From: a virus
Taxonomy: Duplodnaviria; Caudoviricetes
Virus record (IMG/VR): IMGVR_UViG_3300025133_000020
DNA length: 64,000 nucleotides
Strand: one strand, 5' to 3'
In this document: piece after piece, positions 9,916 to 20,278 of the stretch
How the letters are laid out: each line of letters starts with the position of its first letter
How positions within the stretch are numbered: the stretch's first letter is position 1
Notes under the pieces: generated by a model
The model's input: only the letters and a program-made list of their open reading frames with translations
Told to the model about the DNA's origin: nothing
Database searches by the model: none
Translations under genes and position numbers: made by a program

Positions 9916-11160
9916 ATGAAATTTAACTATTTAGTCTGGCTAGCAGCCTTCGTTTTGGCAGCTTGTGCCGCCTTTGTTTCAGTAGTAGGTCTGGGTCAGC
10001 TTTTTGCTGGTGCTGGTACCACTGTTTTGATAATGGTAGGTGGTATGGAGTTTGGTAAGCTAGTAGCAGCCAGCGCATTACATAGATATTGGGATAAAAT
10101 ATCCACAATCATAAAGATATACATGACCATTGGTGTCATTGTGTTGATATCATTAACTTCCGTAGGTATTTACGGCTTCCTATCCAACGGGTACCAAAAG
10201 ACCGCAAATGCGTACACTATTGAGACCAGTCAAACGGACATTTATGAAGGTAAAAAAGCCATATATGTTAAGCGAATTGCTGATGGTGATAAAATAATTG
10301 AAAATAAAAACAAGCGTTCTGAGACATTATCCGACCTTCGTAATAACCAAGAGGTTAGGTTGGATTCTTTATTAGCTAAGAACTACATAACCAATGCCAA
10401 TAGGGTGAGAAGGGATATTGAGGCGGCTAACGAAGAAATAGGTGAACTGAATAAGGATATTGACGAGATAATGGAGAAGAACATTTCATGGGCTGATTCC
10501 GTGGCGGCATATGATATGAAGATATTGAAAGTGCAATCCGCATCGGAAGTAACAGCAGAGTTAGGTCCTTTAAAATATTTAGCAGACCTCACAGGATGGG
10601 GAATGGGTAGAGTGGTTAACTGGTTGATTGTAATAATCATGCTGGTGTTCGACCCTATGGCGGTAAGTCTACTTATCATGGCTAATAGTATCAGAGAGAT
10701 TGAAGCTGGTGAGGTTAAACCAACACCTAAACCAAAGAAGAAGTGGTTCGGTAAGTTGAGAGATAGGTTTAAGAAGAAACCCAAAACTGACCCCAAAACT
10801 GGTCAAGTAGATATACAATACGATGCGTCTAAGCCCCAAAAAGAAGATTTGTATATCCCACTAAAAGAAGATGACGAACCTATTGTTGAGTTAGATAAGA
10901 ATGGGACATTCAAGGTGCCAGTTGAACCAGTAAAAGATTACCCATTGGTGGAGATACCAGAGGGTACATTCAAGGGTGAACCACTGTTTGAGGTTAGAGA
11001 AGAACGAAAGGAAGAAAAGACCATGGTGGATGTTGCGTTGGAGAATGAGAAGAAGGGTAAGCGTAATTTCTCGGTAGATATACCAGACCCTAAACCAATT
11101 GAGGTTCCAGAACCAACCAAGTTGGGTAGGATATGGTCTAAGAGGGATAGGAAGAAATGA
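9916..11160 (+). CDS. multi-pass membrane protein with coiled coil
   Basis: Three N-terminal hydrophobic segments, a coiled coil, a fourth TM segment (VFDPMAV) and a charged tail. Confidence 0.65.
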   Translation: MKFNYLVWLAAFVLAACAAFVSVVGLGQLFAGAGTTVLIMVGGMEFGKLVAASALHRYWDKISTIIKIYMTIGVIVLISLTSVGIYGFLSNGYQKTANAYTIETSQTDIYEGKKAIYVKRIADGDKIIENKNKRSETLSDLRNNQEVRLDSLLAKNYITNANRVRRDIEAANEEIGELNKDIDEIMEKNISWADSVAAYDMKILKVQSASEVTAELGPLKYLADLTGWGMGRVVNWLIVIIMLVFDPMAVSLLIMANSIREIEAGEVKPTPKPKKKWFGKLRDRFKKKPKTDPKTGQVDIQYDASKPQKEDLYIPLKEDDEPIVELDKNGTFKVPVEPVKDYPLVEIPEGTFKGEPLFEVREERKEEKTMVDVALENEKKGKRNFSVDIPDPKPIEVPEPTKLGRIWSKRDRKK

Positions 11161-11765
11161 TAATAGATAAAACCAGATATAGACTTCCAGAAGTCAATTA
11201 TGTAAAGGAGACCACCTTCAAAAGTAAAATAATGTTCATGAACAGTTACAACACTGGTATGAACCATTATACTGGGTGGTTGAATAGATTAAATGGGGAG
11301 TATAAGCATACCACAGCGTATACCATAGATAAGGATGGGCAAGTATACCAACACTTCAACCCTGATTACTGTGCCAAGATATTTGACCGTAAGATTGATG
11401 ATACAATCATCGGGATAAGTATGGTTAATTTAGGTTATCTTAAATTGGATAGTGACATTGATTCGTTTATTACGTGGTTGGGGGATATTTATAAGGGAGA
11501 TAAGGTTGTGGAGAAGAGATGGCGAGGACATAAGTTCTGGGAACCATATACTGATGAGCAGAAGAAATCAGCAATAGAACTGGCAAAGTATCTATGTGAC
11601 AGATTCACTATCGGTAATAATACGGTAACCCATAACACTAAATTGGATACGCCAAACACCTTTAGTGGTGTGATGTATCGAAGCAACTTTGATAAATATT
11701 ATAGTGATTTATCTCCAGCGTGGGATTTTGAGCTACTTAAAGACAGCATGGAAAATGGGAGTTAG
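11157..11765 (+). CDS. N-acetylmuramoyl-L-alanine amidase-like protein
   Basis: AYTIDKDGQVYQHF, IGISMVN, PYTDEQ, SDLSPA resemble Amidase_2; some Zn ligands appear substituted. Confidence 0.6.
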   Translation: MIIDKTRYRLPEVNYVKETTFKSKIMFMNSYNTGMNHYTGWLNRLNGEYKHTTAYTIDKDGQVYQHFNPDYCAKIFDRKIDDTIIGISMVNLGYLKLDSDIDSFITWLGDIYKGDKVVEKRWRGHKFWEPYTDEQKKSAIELAKYLCDRFTIGNNTVTHNTKLDTPNTFSGVMYRSNFDKYYSDLSPAWDFELLKDSMENGS

Positions 11766-12198
11766 AAGAAAAAAAATAAGTAACGATAAGCCTCTTATCA
11801 ATGAGTATGATTTAACTAAATTAATGCTTAATAAGGTACGTGAAGGTATCATAACTGAAGAGAAGAATGATAGTATTGTTCTTGACGGACCTGAACTAAA
11901 ACAAGAGAGGGATAAGTTCGAAGAGGCTATTGGTGTTTTAGGTAACATCAAGGGTTATGGTGATTTGATTGTCTATCCATACGATAATAACGTAGTATGG
12001 AGTGGTGACTTCCATAATGGTTTAAGATGGGCTTTCAGTCTAAGAGAAAAAACTGAATTAGAAGGTGTTATGACAGTTGATGACCAAGAGTTAGAGTTGA
12101 TGGATAAGATAAAGAGATACGGAGATAGTTGGACAAATGAATGGGCAAAAAAGTTACGAGATGATTACAAAACGCAATCAGATGGGGGGCGACAATAA
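11755..12198 (+). CDS. hypothetical protein
   Basis: ATG at 11755; contains LINE/IITE motifs like the neighbouring head-type proteins. Confidence 0.55.
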   Translation: MGVRRKKISNDKPLINEYDLTKLMLNKVREGIITEEKNDSIVLDGPELKQERDKFEEAIGVLGNIKGYGDLIVYPYDNNVVWSGDFHNGLRWAFSLREKTELEGVMTVDDQELELMDKIKRYGDSWTNEWAKKLRDDYKTQSDGGRQ

Positions 12199-12577
12199 AG
12201 TTGTATGGGTATCCATTGGGGTTAATGTTTTACTTGGGGTAGCGTTAGTGCTATTCATAGCGTTCGGGAGAACGAAACCTATTGAGGAATATGATGCTGA
12301 GATAGCTACATTAAAGACCGAAAATAAAGGTCTTATTTCGGATGTGGATAGGTTAGAGAAGGACAATAAAGATTCTGATAAGAGGTACAAACAATTAACC
12401 AAGGAGTACGCTATAACCATGTCTGACCTTATTGAGAGTGATAAGATAATAAAACGATTAACAGAAAAAAGACCTACAAATGGGAAGAGTCCTTATGTTG
12501 ATAGCCTTTCTGATGATGCCATTATTGGCGAGTACACAGAGTATTTCAAAAGGAGAGCTAAGAGAAACAAAGAGTAA
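12182..12577 (+). CDS. membrane-anchored coiled-coil protein (i-spanin-like)
   Basis: One N-terminal TM segment followed by a coiled coil; overlaps the next gene by 98 nt in another frame. Confidence 0.45.
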   Translation: MGGDNKVVWVSIGVNVLLGVALVLFIAFGRTKPIEEYDAEIATLKTENKGLISDVDRLEKDNKDSDKRYKQLTKEYAITMSDLIESDKIIKRLTEKRPTNGKSPYVDSLSDDAIIGEYTEYFKRRAKRNKE

Positions 12578-13013
12578 TCCGCATACCTATCAGGATAGTA
12601 TCCCACGTGGTACACTTATAGGTACGGTGAATAGTCTTGGTGAGTTAATTCTACACTTACACGTGGAAGATGCTCGACTGATATTGACCGATTTATTGGA
12701 CTATGAACTTATAGTAGACAGTATTATGCCAGCGTATGAGAGTCGAGACTCCATACAACAAAAGGCTATAACCATCAACCTATCCAAGATAGCTGAATTA
12801 CAATTTCAAAGTGAGAACTGTGAGGAACAGAAACTCAAATTGGAAGGTTTAATTGCCAATATACGGGAAATCGGTGGGTTTAAAGACCTTACGATAGAGA
12901 ATGCGAAGGATGTCATAAAGAAGGAAAAGATAAAGAAGGGGTTAGCCTTTGGTGGTGGCACCTTGGGTGGTGTCGGATTAGGAATTCTAATCGGTTTTTT
13001 CTTAGCCAAGTAA
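12480..13013 (+). CDS. secreted/membrane protein with C-terminal Gly-rich TM (spanin partner candidate)
   Basis: N-terminal signal-like segment, coiled coil, C-terminal GGGTLGGVGLGILIGFF. Confidence 0.45.
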   Translation: MGRVLMLIAFLMMPLLASTQSISKGELRETKSNPHTYQDSIPRGTLIGTVNSLGELILHLHVEDARLILTDLLDYELIVDSIMPAYESRDSIQQKAITINLSKIAELQFQSENCEEQKLKLEGLIANIREIGGFKDLTIENAKDVIKKEKIKKGLAFGGGTLGGVGLGILIGFFLAK

Positions 13014-13023
13014 ATCAAAACTT

Positions 13024-13050
13024 AAAGCCTCTACCAAAGAGGCTTTTTTT
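13024..13050 (+). terminator. intrinsic terminator
   Basis: AAAGCCTCT-accaa-AGAGGCTTT followed by a T run. Confidence 0.85.
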
Positions 13051-13064
13051 GTGGGTTTGTAGCC

Positions 13065-13072
13065 TATTTATA
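13065..13072 (+). promoter_or_regulatory. TATTTATA motif, probable phage late promoter (representative copy)
   Basis: The same octamer lies a few to about 25 nt before starts at 9019, 9893, 14627, 25501, 35841, 40746, 42659, 46497, 51487, 52343, and on the minus strand at 4445 and 30424. Confidence 0.7.
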
Positions 13073-13091
13073 TGAGAGTGATAATAAAACT

Positions 13092-13343
13092 ATGGATAAT
13101 AGAAAGGAGAGAATATTAGAAGAGCTTACACAGTCCGACAAGATTGAAGTTAAGAAGTATGTACTTACATCTAGAGATTTGGAAGAGAAAATCAACAAGA
13201 TAGTCAAAGCCAAGCTGAAGAATAATAAGGAGATGGATGACCAAGTAGTTCAGATAACCAAAAACGTACTAACACAACTATTCAAAGCCCTATGGGTTAA
13301 GAGGTCGTTCTGGAAGTCAACCTTATCTAATAGAGCCACATAA
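13092..13343 (+). CDS. hypothetical protein (probable head-associated)
   Basis: TATTTATA upstream; ILEE near the N-terminus. Confidence 0.6.
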   Translation: MDNRKERILEELTQSDKIEVKKYVLTSRDLEEKINKIVKAKLKNNKEMDDQVVQITKNVLTQLFKALWVKRSFWKSTLSNRAT

Positions 13344-14599
13344 TGAAGAAGATTAGAATCACAGAGGAACAAGCGGATATGTTAACCAAATTACCACAAA
13401 AAAAAGTGGTGAAGGTTACCCCACATCAGTTTAATATCATACGAGAAAGTCTTGGTGATAAGATTGATGCTAACTTCAAAAAGGAGTTTAGGGGTATTAA
13501 GACTGAAGGTGCCTTGAATGAGAGTCCAACCGTAGAGATATTAGAACTACTTAGAGCAGTAATAGATTTCATACTTAATGAGTTGAATAATAACACCAGT
13601 GCTGGGCTAGACCCAATATTTGTGGAGATGGGTGTAACCCGTGGAGAGATATTCACACTATTAAGTGACTTAGGTCTAATAGGAATGACATTTTATCAAT
13701 ACACATATAACCAGAAGATTCAAGCGATTAAAGGCACTATTAAGACGATATACAGAGAACTTAGAGGTAAAGGAGATGTGAATAAAGTTGGTGCTGAAAG
13801 TACAGGTGCCGCAGGTGCAAGTGGTCAATATACTGCTGGAATGGCAATGAAGCCAAGTAGTAGTTATAACCCTGAATTATCCCCTGTCTCTCAAATGGGT
13901 GCCGATATAGAAACTGAACCATTACTGGTTAGTTCTGATTCAGCTTTTCAAGAGTTAATGGGTCTTGAGGTTGGAACCGAAAGAGAATACTTCACGGTTG
14001 CTGGTGTTGAGGATAAAAGAGTTGACGAGAACGGTGATACCATCTTTTTAGTTAAATTACACGATAAGGATGGTAACCTTAGTAACGCTCATCTATTATA
14101 CAGATTTAAAGCTGCCGAACACAGAGCATTCCTTCAATTCAATAGAGATTTTGATGGTTTAGTTGATGCGTCTGAGGCTATGGCTGAGGTGTATCATGAT
14201 AACCTAAATACGATAGGTAAGGCTCTAACCAAACAAGTAATGGTAACCGATGAATCTACAACCTCTGGTGGGATGTCGGCTGCTGGCGGCTCAATGGAAT
14301 TCGATGCGAACGCTTTAGGTGGTAAGATAGGTCAGGATGTTGGTGGTATGGTACAGAATATAGATGCTAACGATACTAATATGTTAACCAGTAGGGAAGG
14401 TAGTAAACCTAAAGGTATCCGTGAAGTAGATAATATGAAGGATGCGGCATATCCAGATGGTGGTTTTGTGGAGATAGATGACTGTGCCAAATTGAATAAT
14501 AACAAGGAAGCCGAAAATGGTGGATGTAGTCAAGGTGACGATGGTGTAGTAAGCGTCAAAAAGACTAAAAATTCCGTTGTTTCCAACCAAAAAGGTTAA
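13343..14599 (+). CDS. hypothetical protein (probable internal head protein)
   Basis: 418 aa in a late operon; multiple [IL]xE motifs. Confidence 0.55.
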   Translation: MKKIRITEEQADMLTKLPQKKVVKVTPHQFNIIRESLGDKIDANFKKEFRGIKTEGALNESPTVEILELLRAVIDFILNELNNNTSAGLDPIFVEMGVTRGEIFTLLSDLGLIGMTFYQYTYNQKIQAIKGTIKTIYRELRGKGDVNKVGAESTGAAGASGQYTAGMAMKPSSSYNPELSPVSQMGADIETEPLLVSSDSAFQELMGLEVGTEREYFTVAGVEDKRVDENGDTIFLVKLHDKDGNLSNAHLLYRFKAAEHRAFLQFNRDFDGLVDASEAMAEVYHDNLNTIGKALTKQVMVTDESTTSGGMSAAGGSMEFDANALGGKIGQDVGGMVQNIDANDTNMLTSREGSKPKGIREVDNMKDAAYPDGGFVEIDDCAKLNNNKEAENGGCSQGDDGVVSVKKTKNSVVSNQKG

Positions 14600-14650
14600 T
14601 AACGCAAACTTTATTGATTGCAATGATATTTATAGTTAAAGCAAGTTTAA

Positions 14651-16066
14651 ATGGATAAGAAAGACATACTAGCTCAATTACGTACTGAAGCCGCAATTCC
14701 AGGTGTAGCGCAAACCAAAAAGGTTCAGCGTGAAGCTAAAAAACAGAACGACAAGGCTTATAAGGATATTGAGAAGGAAATGAAGGCTTATGAGAAGGAC
14801 TCTACCCAAAGTGGTAAAGATTCCATCGAGCCTGTCATGGATATATACGCTGACAGTGACGAAGATACGTATCACCAAGATATGGAGATTCTGAATGGTC
14901 AAGAAATGCTTAATTACGATGGTACCCCATCAAAGCAATTTGCCGAAAGAGCTAGAATGTCTCTTGAAGGTGCCGCAGAGATGGGTAATAGTCCAGAGTG
15001 GGCTAACGTTGTGGCTAAAGGTCAAGGTGGTGACCCAAAATTCGGTAAGAAACTGGTTGACAGAATTAAAGACTCTAAGAAGAAGAGAGATGATGCAACA
15101 CCAGCTCTTGACCAATTTGGAGATGATATCGAAGAAAAGAACGTAGGTATCAAGGGTACTAAAGATGAAATAAAACCAAAACTTAAAACCAAAAAGGTTG
15201 CGGTAGAAACAAAAGAAACTAAAAAGGAGACTATTATGGAAACTAAGAAAATTAAAAGATTGAAATTCAAGCAAACTATTGGTGGTCTTGAGAAAGCATT
15301 GTCAATTATCCCAGAAAGCTACAAAGTAGACAACAAGGTATTTGAAATGACTGATGGTAATGAGAACTACCGATTCAGATGGGAAGGTGATACCGAAGGT
15401 AACGCTGTAACTCTTAAGGCTTATGACGATACTTTAGTTGAGTCTGATAAGTCTAGAATGGAAGCTCTTATGGGCTTCAAGTCTGACTTAGGAATCCCTA
15501 CATCAGCTCAAAGACTATCTGAGAATGATATGTTCTTGACTATGCTTGGTAAAGCAAAGGAGTTGAATGAAGAAAAAGAAGAAACAGCAGAAGTTATTGC
15601 TGAAGCTACAGAAGCAACACCTGAAGTAGTAACAGAAGCAGTAGAAGCGGTTACTGAAGGTACAGAGGCTGTAAAAAAAAAAGTCTTAACTGAAATCTCT
15701 GACGAGAAGAAAAAAGAACACGCACGTGACCAGCATCACCACAGCGACTTCCCAGATGGGTCTAAGTCAAACTGTTGTGGTGCTTCTTTTGTTGATGGAG
15801 ACAGATGTTCCAAATGTAAAGAACACGCTTCCCCAGCTAAAAACGAAGGTACTTCAATAACTGAAGCACCTCTAGCTGCCCCCAAGGGATTCAAATTTGA
15901 ACCAGATGAGCATGAGCATGACCCACATGCGCCAGAAGAATTTGAACGAGACCCAAGAACTCACAGCCAAACAATGGGGGATGATAGGCGTGAATATGCT
16001 CAAGAAATGGTTAAAAGGGGTAAATGGAGTAAAGAGCAAGCTTATGAGTATATAATGGGGGCATAA
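14651..16066 (+). CDS. hypothetical protein (probable internal head/core protein)
   Basis: Charged 471 aa; TATTTATA upstream; LRTE, LTE, ITE motifs. Confidence 0.55.
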   Translation: MDKKDILAQLRTEAAIPGVAQTKKVQREAKKQNDKAYKDIEKEMKAYEKDSTQSGKDSIEPVMDIYADSDEDTYHQDMEILNGQEMLNYDGTPSKQFAERARMSLEGAAEMGNSPEWANVVAKGQGGDPKFGKKLVDRIKDSKKKRDDATPALDQFGDDIEEKNVGIKGTKDEIKPKLKTKKVAVETKETKKETIMETKKIKRLKFKQTIGGLEKALSIIPESYKVDNKVFEMTDGNENYRFRWEGDTEGNAVTLKAYDDTLVESDKSRMEALMGFKSDLGIPTSAQRLSENDMFLTMLGKAKELNEEKEETAEVIAEATEATPEVVTEAVEAVTEGTEAVKKKVLTEISDEKKKEHARDQHHHSDFPDGSKSNCCGASFVDGDRCSKCKEHASPAKNEGTSITEAPLAAPKGFKFEPDEHEHDPHAPEEFERDPRTHSQTMGDDRREYAQEMVKRGKWSKEQAYEYIMGA

Positions 16067-16076
16067 TAAATTTATA

Positions 16077-16814
16077 ATGTCAAAAGAAATGATAACAGTA
16101 GCCTTAAGGAAGCATCTCACTGAAAATCTGATTTTGGAAGAACTAGATGCTGAAGAAGAGTATTATAAAAAACTAGAGGATAGGTACTATAACGACATTG
16201 ATGGGTACGACCCAGATGAAGATGATGACTTTAGACGTTTCAAAGACGATGCACCAATTTATCTCGTGAGGAAAATGGCAATTAATAAGATGTTTCGTGA
16301 ATATGAGAAGGATTATCTTAAGGCGTTTACCCACATTTTTGGTGATGATGAGGGTAATAGGATATTAAAGGATATTAATCAGGGTATTAATCAGGGTAGG
16401 CACGTTGTGGCATTTACGTCACCTGTGATAGAAGCCCGCAAGGTATCGACAACAAATTTAGATTCTGCTGAGTTAGCTGGTCACCATTATGATGATGATG
16501 GATTTAACGGGGATATTAATATAGATGTTGAGCTTAATGGGTTTTATAAATTAAACATCATCGATAAACTAGAATCAGATATAAAAAAATATGAGGAAGG
16601 GGAAAAGAGGTCATTCATGGTTAAGACGGAATTACCAAATATTAAAACTTTTCTAAATAAATTCACACCTCGCGAGGTATATAATTTTCAAGTATTGTTT
16701 GGTAATAAACCATCAATAATTAAACAAACATCGCTAGTTAATTTAATCAATGATTTACCATTGGATACACTTAAACAGATTATTGATATACGTGTCACAA
16801 ATAAACAAGGCTAA
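16077..16814 (+). CDS. hypothetical protein with leader ending LTENLILEE
   Basis: Long ORF in the late block. Confidence 0.55.
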   Translation: MSKEMITVALRKHLTENLILEELDAEEEYYKKLEDRYYNDIDGYDPDEDDDFRRFKDDAPIYLVRKMAINKMFREYEKDYLKAFTHIFGDDEGNRILKDINQGINQGRHVVAFTSPVIEARKVSTTNLDSAELAGHHYDDDGFNGDINIDVELNGFYKLNIIDKLESDIKKYEEGEKRSFMVKTELPNIKTFLNKFTPREVYNFQVLFGNKPSIIKQTSLVNLINDLPLDTLKQIIDIRVTNKQG

Positions 16815-17380
16815 TGAGAAGACGAGACAAATCAAAGAATATAACTAAAGCTAATCTATTGGCTGAACAACGTTATCTTGAATCTAAGGGGTTGCTTAAA
16901 GAAGATGACCTATCAGGTGAATACTCATTTAAAACTGATGGTGGTTATATGGTTGCAGGTGCAGTTAGAATGAAGCCAGAACAACTAAGTCTACAGATTG
17001 GCAATAACAAGTATTTTTCTTTCTGGGAAGGTGAATTCTCAAGCGGTGGGGTTAAAATTGTTGGTGGAGCCGATGAACAATCTCAAGCGTGGTTAGACCA
17101 AGCTACTGAAGTATATAATGCTGCCGAAAGAAAATCTTACCCAGAAAAGTTTGCTGAAAGAGAGGGTTCCAGAAAAATCCTTATCAAGAGTAAAGACGAT
17201 TGGGCACGAGAAGCGACCAACCTTAAAAGCAAGGGGTACACGTATAAATCACAACATGAAATAAAACCAGAAAGAGGTTTTGTTGCTATGCATAATTACG
17301 CTAACTATCCGTATGAAGTTATCGTTGACGATAACGCTAAGACTATAGATTTTGGTGACCATACGATTAAACAGAATTAA
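16814..17380 (+). CDS. hypothetical protein with conserved 30-aa N-terminal leader
   Basis: MRRRDKSKNITKANLLAEQRYLESKGLLKE, nearly identical to the leader of 17912. Confidence 0.6.
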   Translation: MRRRDKSKNITKANLLAEQRYLESKGLLKEDDLSGEYSFKTDGGYMVAGAVRMKPEQLSLQIGNNKYFSFWEGEFSSGGVKIVGGADEQSQAWLDQATEVYNAAERKSYPEKFAEREGSRKILIKSKDDWAREATNLKSKGYTYKSQHEIKPERGFVAMHNYANYPYEVIVDDNAKTIDFGDHTIKQN

Positions 17381-17384
17381 ACTA

Positions 17385-17909
17385 ATGGAAAGAGGGAATA
17401 GAGCAAGAAGAATTGAAAAAGCTAATAGATTAGCCGAAGAACGTCACCTTAATAGGGGTGTAATAGTAGAGAACGAATTCAGTCATAATGGTATGGCACC
17501 CTTCATGGACGTACATAAGGATGGTACTTTCAGTGATGCTGATAAAGAACCAGTTGAAGATGAGGTGGCTGTTAATGAGGATGTGGTAAACGAGATTGAT
17601 ATGGATATTATCAACGCTGCTGGTGATTGGATTACTGGTGGTGGTATGGTAAGTGTCGGTGGTGAATCAGTTCCAAGGAACTTAGCAACATTAGCTATGA
17701 GTATTATGCCAGCCGCAGCAGCAGCAGGTTTCGTAGCAACATTTTGGAGTGAAATTAAAGCTAAGGTTGGTGGTAAGGGTGATATAGAAGAACTTTCTCC
17801 AGCCGCAAAAGATGCTGAAAAGAGTAGACCACCAAGACAACAACATAATGAGCGCCCATCTAAACCAAAAGAAGATAGGGCTAATAATTCAAGTAAAGAA
17901 AGAAGGTAA
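17385..17909 (+). CDS. hypothetical protein with related N-terminal leader
   Basis: MERGNRARRIEKANRLAEERHLNRGVIVENE. Confidence 0.55.
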   Translation: MERGNRARRIEKANRLAEERHLNRGVIVENEFSHNGMAPFMDVHKDGTFSDADKEPVEDEVAVNEDVVNEIDMDIINAAGDWITGGGMVSVGGESVPRNLATLAMSIMPAAAAAGFVATFWSEIKAKVGGKGDIEELSPAAKDAEKSRPPRQQHNERPSKPKEDRANNSSKERR

Positions 17910-17911
17910 TC

Positions 17912-18766
17912 ATGAGAAGACGAGACAAATTAAAGAATATTGAAAGGGTTAATCTATTAGCCGAACAAAGATACCTTGAATCAAAGGGGGTGTTGAAAGA
18001 AGAAATGGACGTTAATACTATTCAACGAAACTTAGCCAGTATGTTTACCTTTGACTTTCAAGGTCAAAGACACACTATTGGAGTTAGGGATGTTGTTCGT
18101 GCTCAATTTGGGCGACATAAGGATTTAAACATTGATGTTGTGTTAGAAGATAATAACATACTCGGTAATAAAGTTACTATTACCGTTGGGAATAAAATGG
18201 AGTATATCTTCATATTAAATAAAGGTAGAACCACCGATTGTACTTTGGTAGGTGACACTAAATCTTGGCTACTTAGGGTTAGGGAAATGATGTTAGAGCA
18301 ACAACAAGGTACGGATGAGAATATTCAGGAGGATGAATCTGAAGGTGGTGACGAACAAAGGAAAATCGAACTAGTACTTCAAATGACTAAAGAGATGGGT
18401 AGTCGTCTTGCTAGTGAAATTAAGAAGATGGGTATTGATGGCAACGGTTACCAAATGGGTATAAAAGGTGAGGGTCTTGGTCAATATTTAGAAATAACAT
18501 TCAATACGGATGTTGTTGATTATGAGTCACAATTTAAGACTTTGGAGACTGGGTACTTAAATCACTTGAAATTGGGGTTAGTAAAAGAACGTGGGCTTGG
18601 AGGTGAATACGAACAATATGTGAATACTGGTGACCAAAATACCATAAAGTGGCAAATTAAGTATACACCGCCAGAACAGCTACAAGGTGGTGAACAACAA
18701 GGTGGTGACGAAGGTGGAGAACAACAAAGTCAACCACCAGCAAGACCGCCAGTACCAGGACAATAA
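17912..18766 (+). CDS. hypothetical protein with conserved 30-aa N-terminal leader
   Basis: MRRRDKLKNIERVNLLAEQRYLESKGVLKE. Confidence 0.6.
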   Translation: MRRRDKLKNIERVNLLAEQRYLESKGVLKEEMDVNTIQRNLASMFTFDFQGQRHTIGVRDVVRAQFGRHKDLNIDVVLEDNNILGNKVTITVGNKMEYIFILNKGRTTDCTLVGDTKSWLLRVREMMLEQQQGTDENIQEDESEGGDEQRKIELVLQMTKEMGSRLASEIKKMGIDGNGYQMGIKGEGLGQYLEITFNTDVVDYESQFKTLETGYLNHLKLGLVKERGLGGEYEQYVNTGDQNTIKWQIKYTPPEQLQGGEQQGGDEGGEQQSQPPARPPVPGQ

Positions 18767-18769
18767 GTT

Positions 18770-19711
18770 ATGAGAATAGAGAAAGGTAATAGTGGTGAAT
18801 CAGTAAGAGAAATCCAAGGACTTTTAGGTCTTAAGAAGGATGGTGAGTTTGGTAGGATAACCGAAGAGGCTGTCAAGAAGTTCCAAAGAAGTAGAGGTTT
18901 AGTAGCTGACGGTATTGTAGGTAATAAGACCTATGCAGCCATGATTGCTTTCACAAGTGATATATCTGATGGAACCTTCATAGATAATGATGGTGTATTG
19001 GACGATAGAGGCGTTTATACGACCTCTGAAGGGCTTAACATCCATAGAATGTACTTGGACACCGATGAATACGTTACAGACCGTAGCACAACCGTTAAGG
19101 ATACCATATTCATTCATCACACAGCAGGCAGAGCCAACCCATTCAAAACAATCAAGAATTGGAACTTAGATACGAGAGGTAGAATCGCTACCCAGTACTG
19201 CATTGGTGGTACATCAATCAAAGGTGACTCAACTAATGATGGTGTGGTTGTAGAATGTTTTCCAGATGAATATTATGCTTGGCACTTAGGAAAAGTTGGT
19301 AGCCATCACATGCATACCCACTCAATCGGGATAGAACTGAATAATTGGGGATACTTATATAAGGATGGTGACGATTATTACAATTATGTTGATATTAAAA
19401 TACCTAAAGAGCAAGTGGTACGATTGAAACGAAAGTTCAATGGTCACTACTATTATCACAAATATACAGACGCACAAATAGAATCGCTACGGTTACTAAT
19501 ACTGGAGCTTAAAAGAAGACACCCACAGGTTAACATAAACCTTGGATTACCACAGATGTTATTGGGTATGGATAAATTCGAAGCATTCGGTTTCCAACAA
19601 ATGGCATATGATGGTGAAATCAATGGTATTTTGACCCACACTAACGTAAGAAGAGATAAGACAGATTGCTCTCCCCAGACCAATTTGGTTAATATGCTAA
19701 TTAATCTTTAA
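18770..19711 (+). CDS. endolysin: peptidoglycan-binding domain + Amidase_2
   Basis: DGEFGRITEEAVKKFQ..GLVADGIVG PG-binding motif; IFIHHTAG, SIGIELNN, ILTH..KTDCSP. Confidence 0.88.
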   Translation: MRIEKGNSGESVREIQGLLGLKKDGEFGRITEEAVKKFQRSRGLVADGIVGNKTYAAMIAFTSDISDGTFIDNDGVLDDRGVYTTSEGLNIHRMYLDTDEYVTDRSTTVKDTIFIHHTAGRANPFKTIKNWNLDTRGRIATQYCIGGTSIKGDSTNDGVVVECFPDEYYAWHLGKVGSHHMHTHSIGIELNNWGYLYKDGDDYYNYVDIKIPKEQVVRLKRKFNGHYYYHKYTDAQIESLRLLILELKRRHPQVNINLGLPQMLLGMDKFEAFGFQQMAYDGEINGILTHTNVRRDKTDCSPQTNLVNMLINL

Positions 19712-19753
19712 CACCTATTCACTTTCTTCCCCTTTTGCGTATTATTTACTTAT

Positions 19754-20254
19754 ATGAGTAGAAACGCAGAGTTCATTAGATATGTTAAGACCCCGTTGTC
19801 TGAAGAGAGCATCCAAATGCTATTAGATAGCCATGGGGTTACCTACGAGAAAGCAAAGTTATTCGGTGACTTTGTTAAGAGCTTTCTAATGCGCTCATTC
19901 ACCACCTATCTGGATGGTGTTGAAAGTAAAATCTATTCAACCAAAGAACAACAGAATAACCATTTCTTATGGGCTTGGAACACAACTATAACAGATTTTA
20001 ACAAAGAAAATATCATATTCTTTGATGATATTAAGGTTAGAGCGTATTTCAGGGCTGTTATGTTTGATTCGTTCTATACGTTTGAGGATAAGTCATTAGA
20101 TGGTTTTGATGTCAATAATATGTATAAGTTATGGTATACCCTATTCGATTATAAAGGTAGGAAGACCAGAATGGACGTTGACGGTTTTACAGAGTTATAT
20201 GACCTATTTAATGAAGCCCTTAAAGGAAAATTGGGAAAAAGACTTGATTTTTAA
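19754..20254 (+). CDS. hypothetical protein
   Basis: TATTTAC motif directly before the ATG. Confidence 0.6.
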   Translation: MSRNAEFIRYVKTPLSEESIQMLLDSHGVTYEKAKLFGDFVKSFLMRSFTTYLDGVESKIYSTKEQQNNHFLWAWNTTITDFNKENIIFFDDIKVRAYFRAVMFDSFYTFEDKSLDGFDVNNMYKLWYTLFDYKGRKTRMDVDGFTELYDLFNEALKGKLGKRLDF

Positions 20255-20278
20255 GGAAAAGGTATATATACTTGTATC

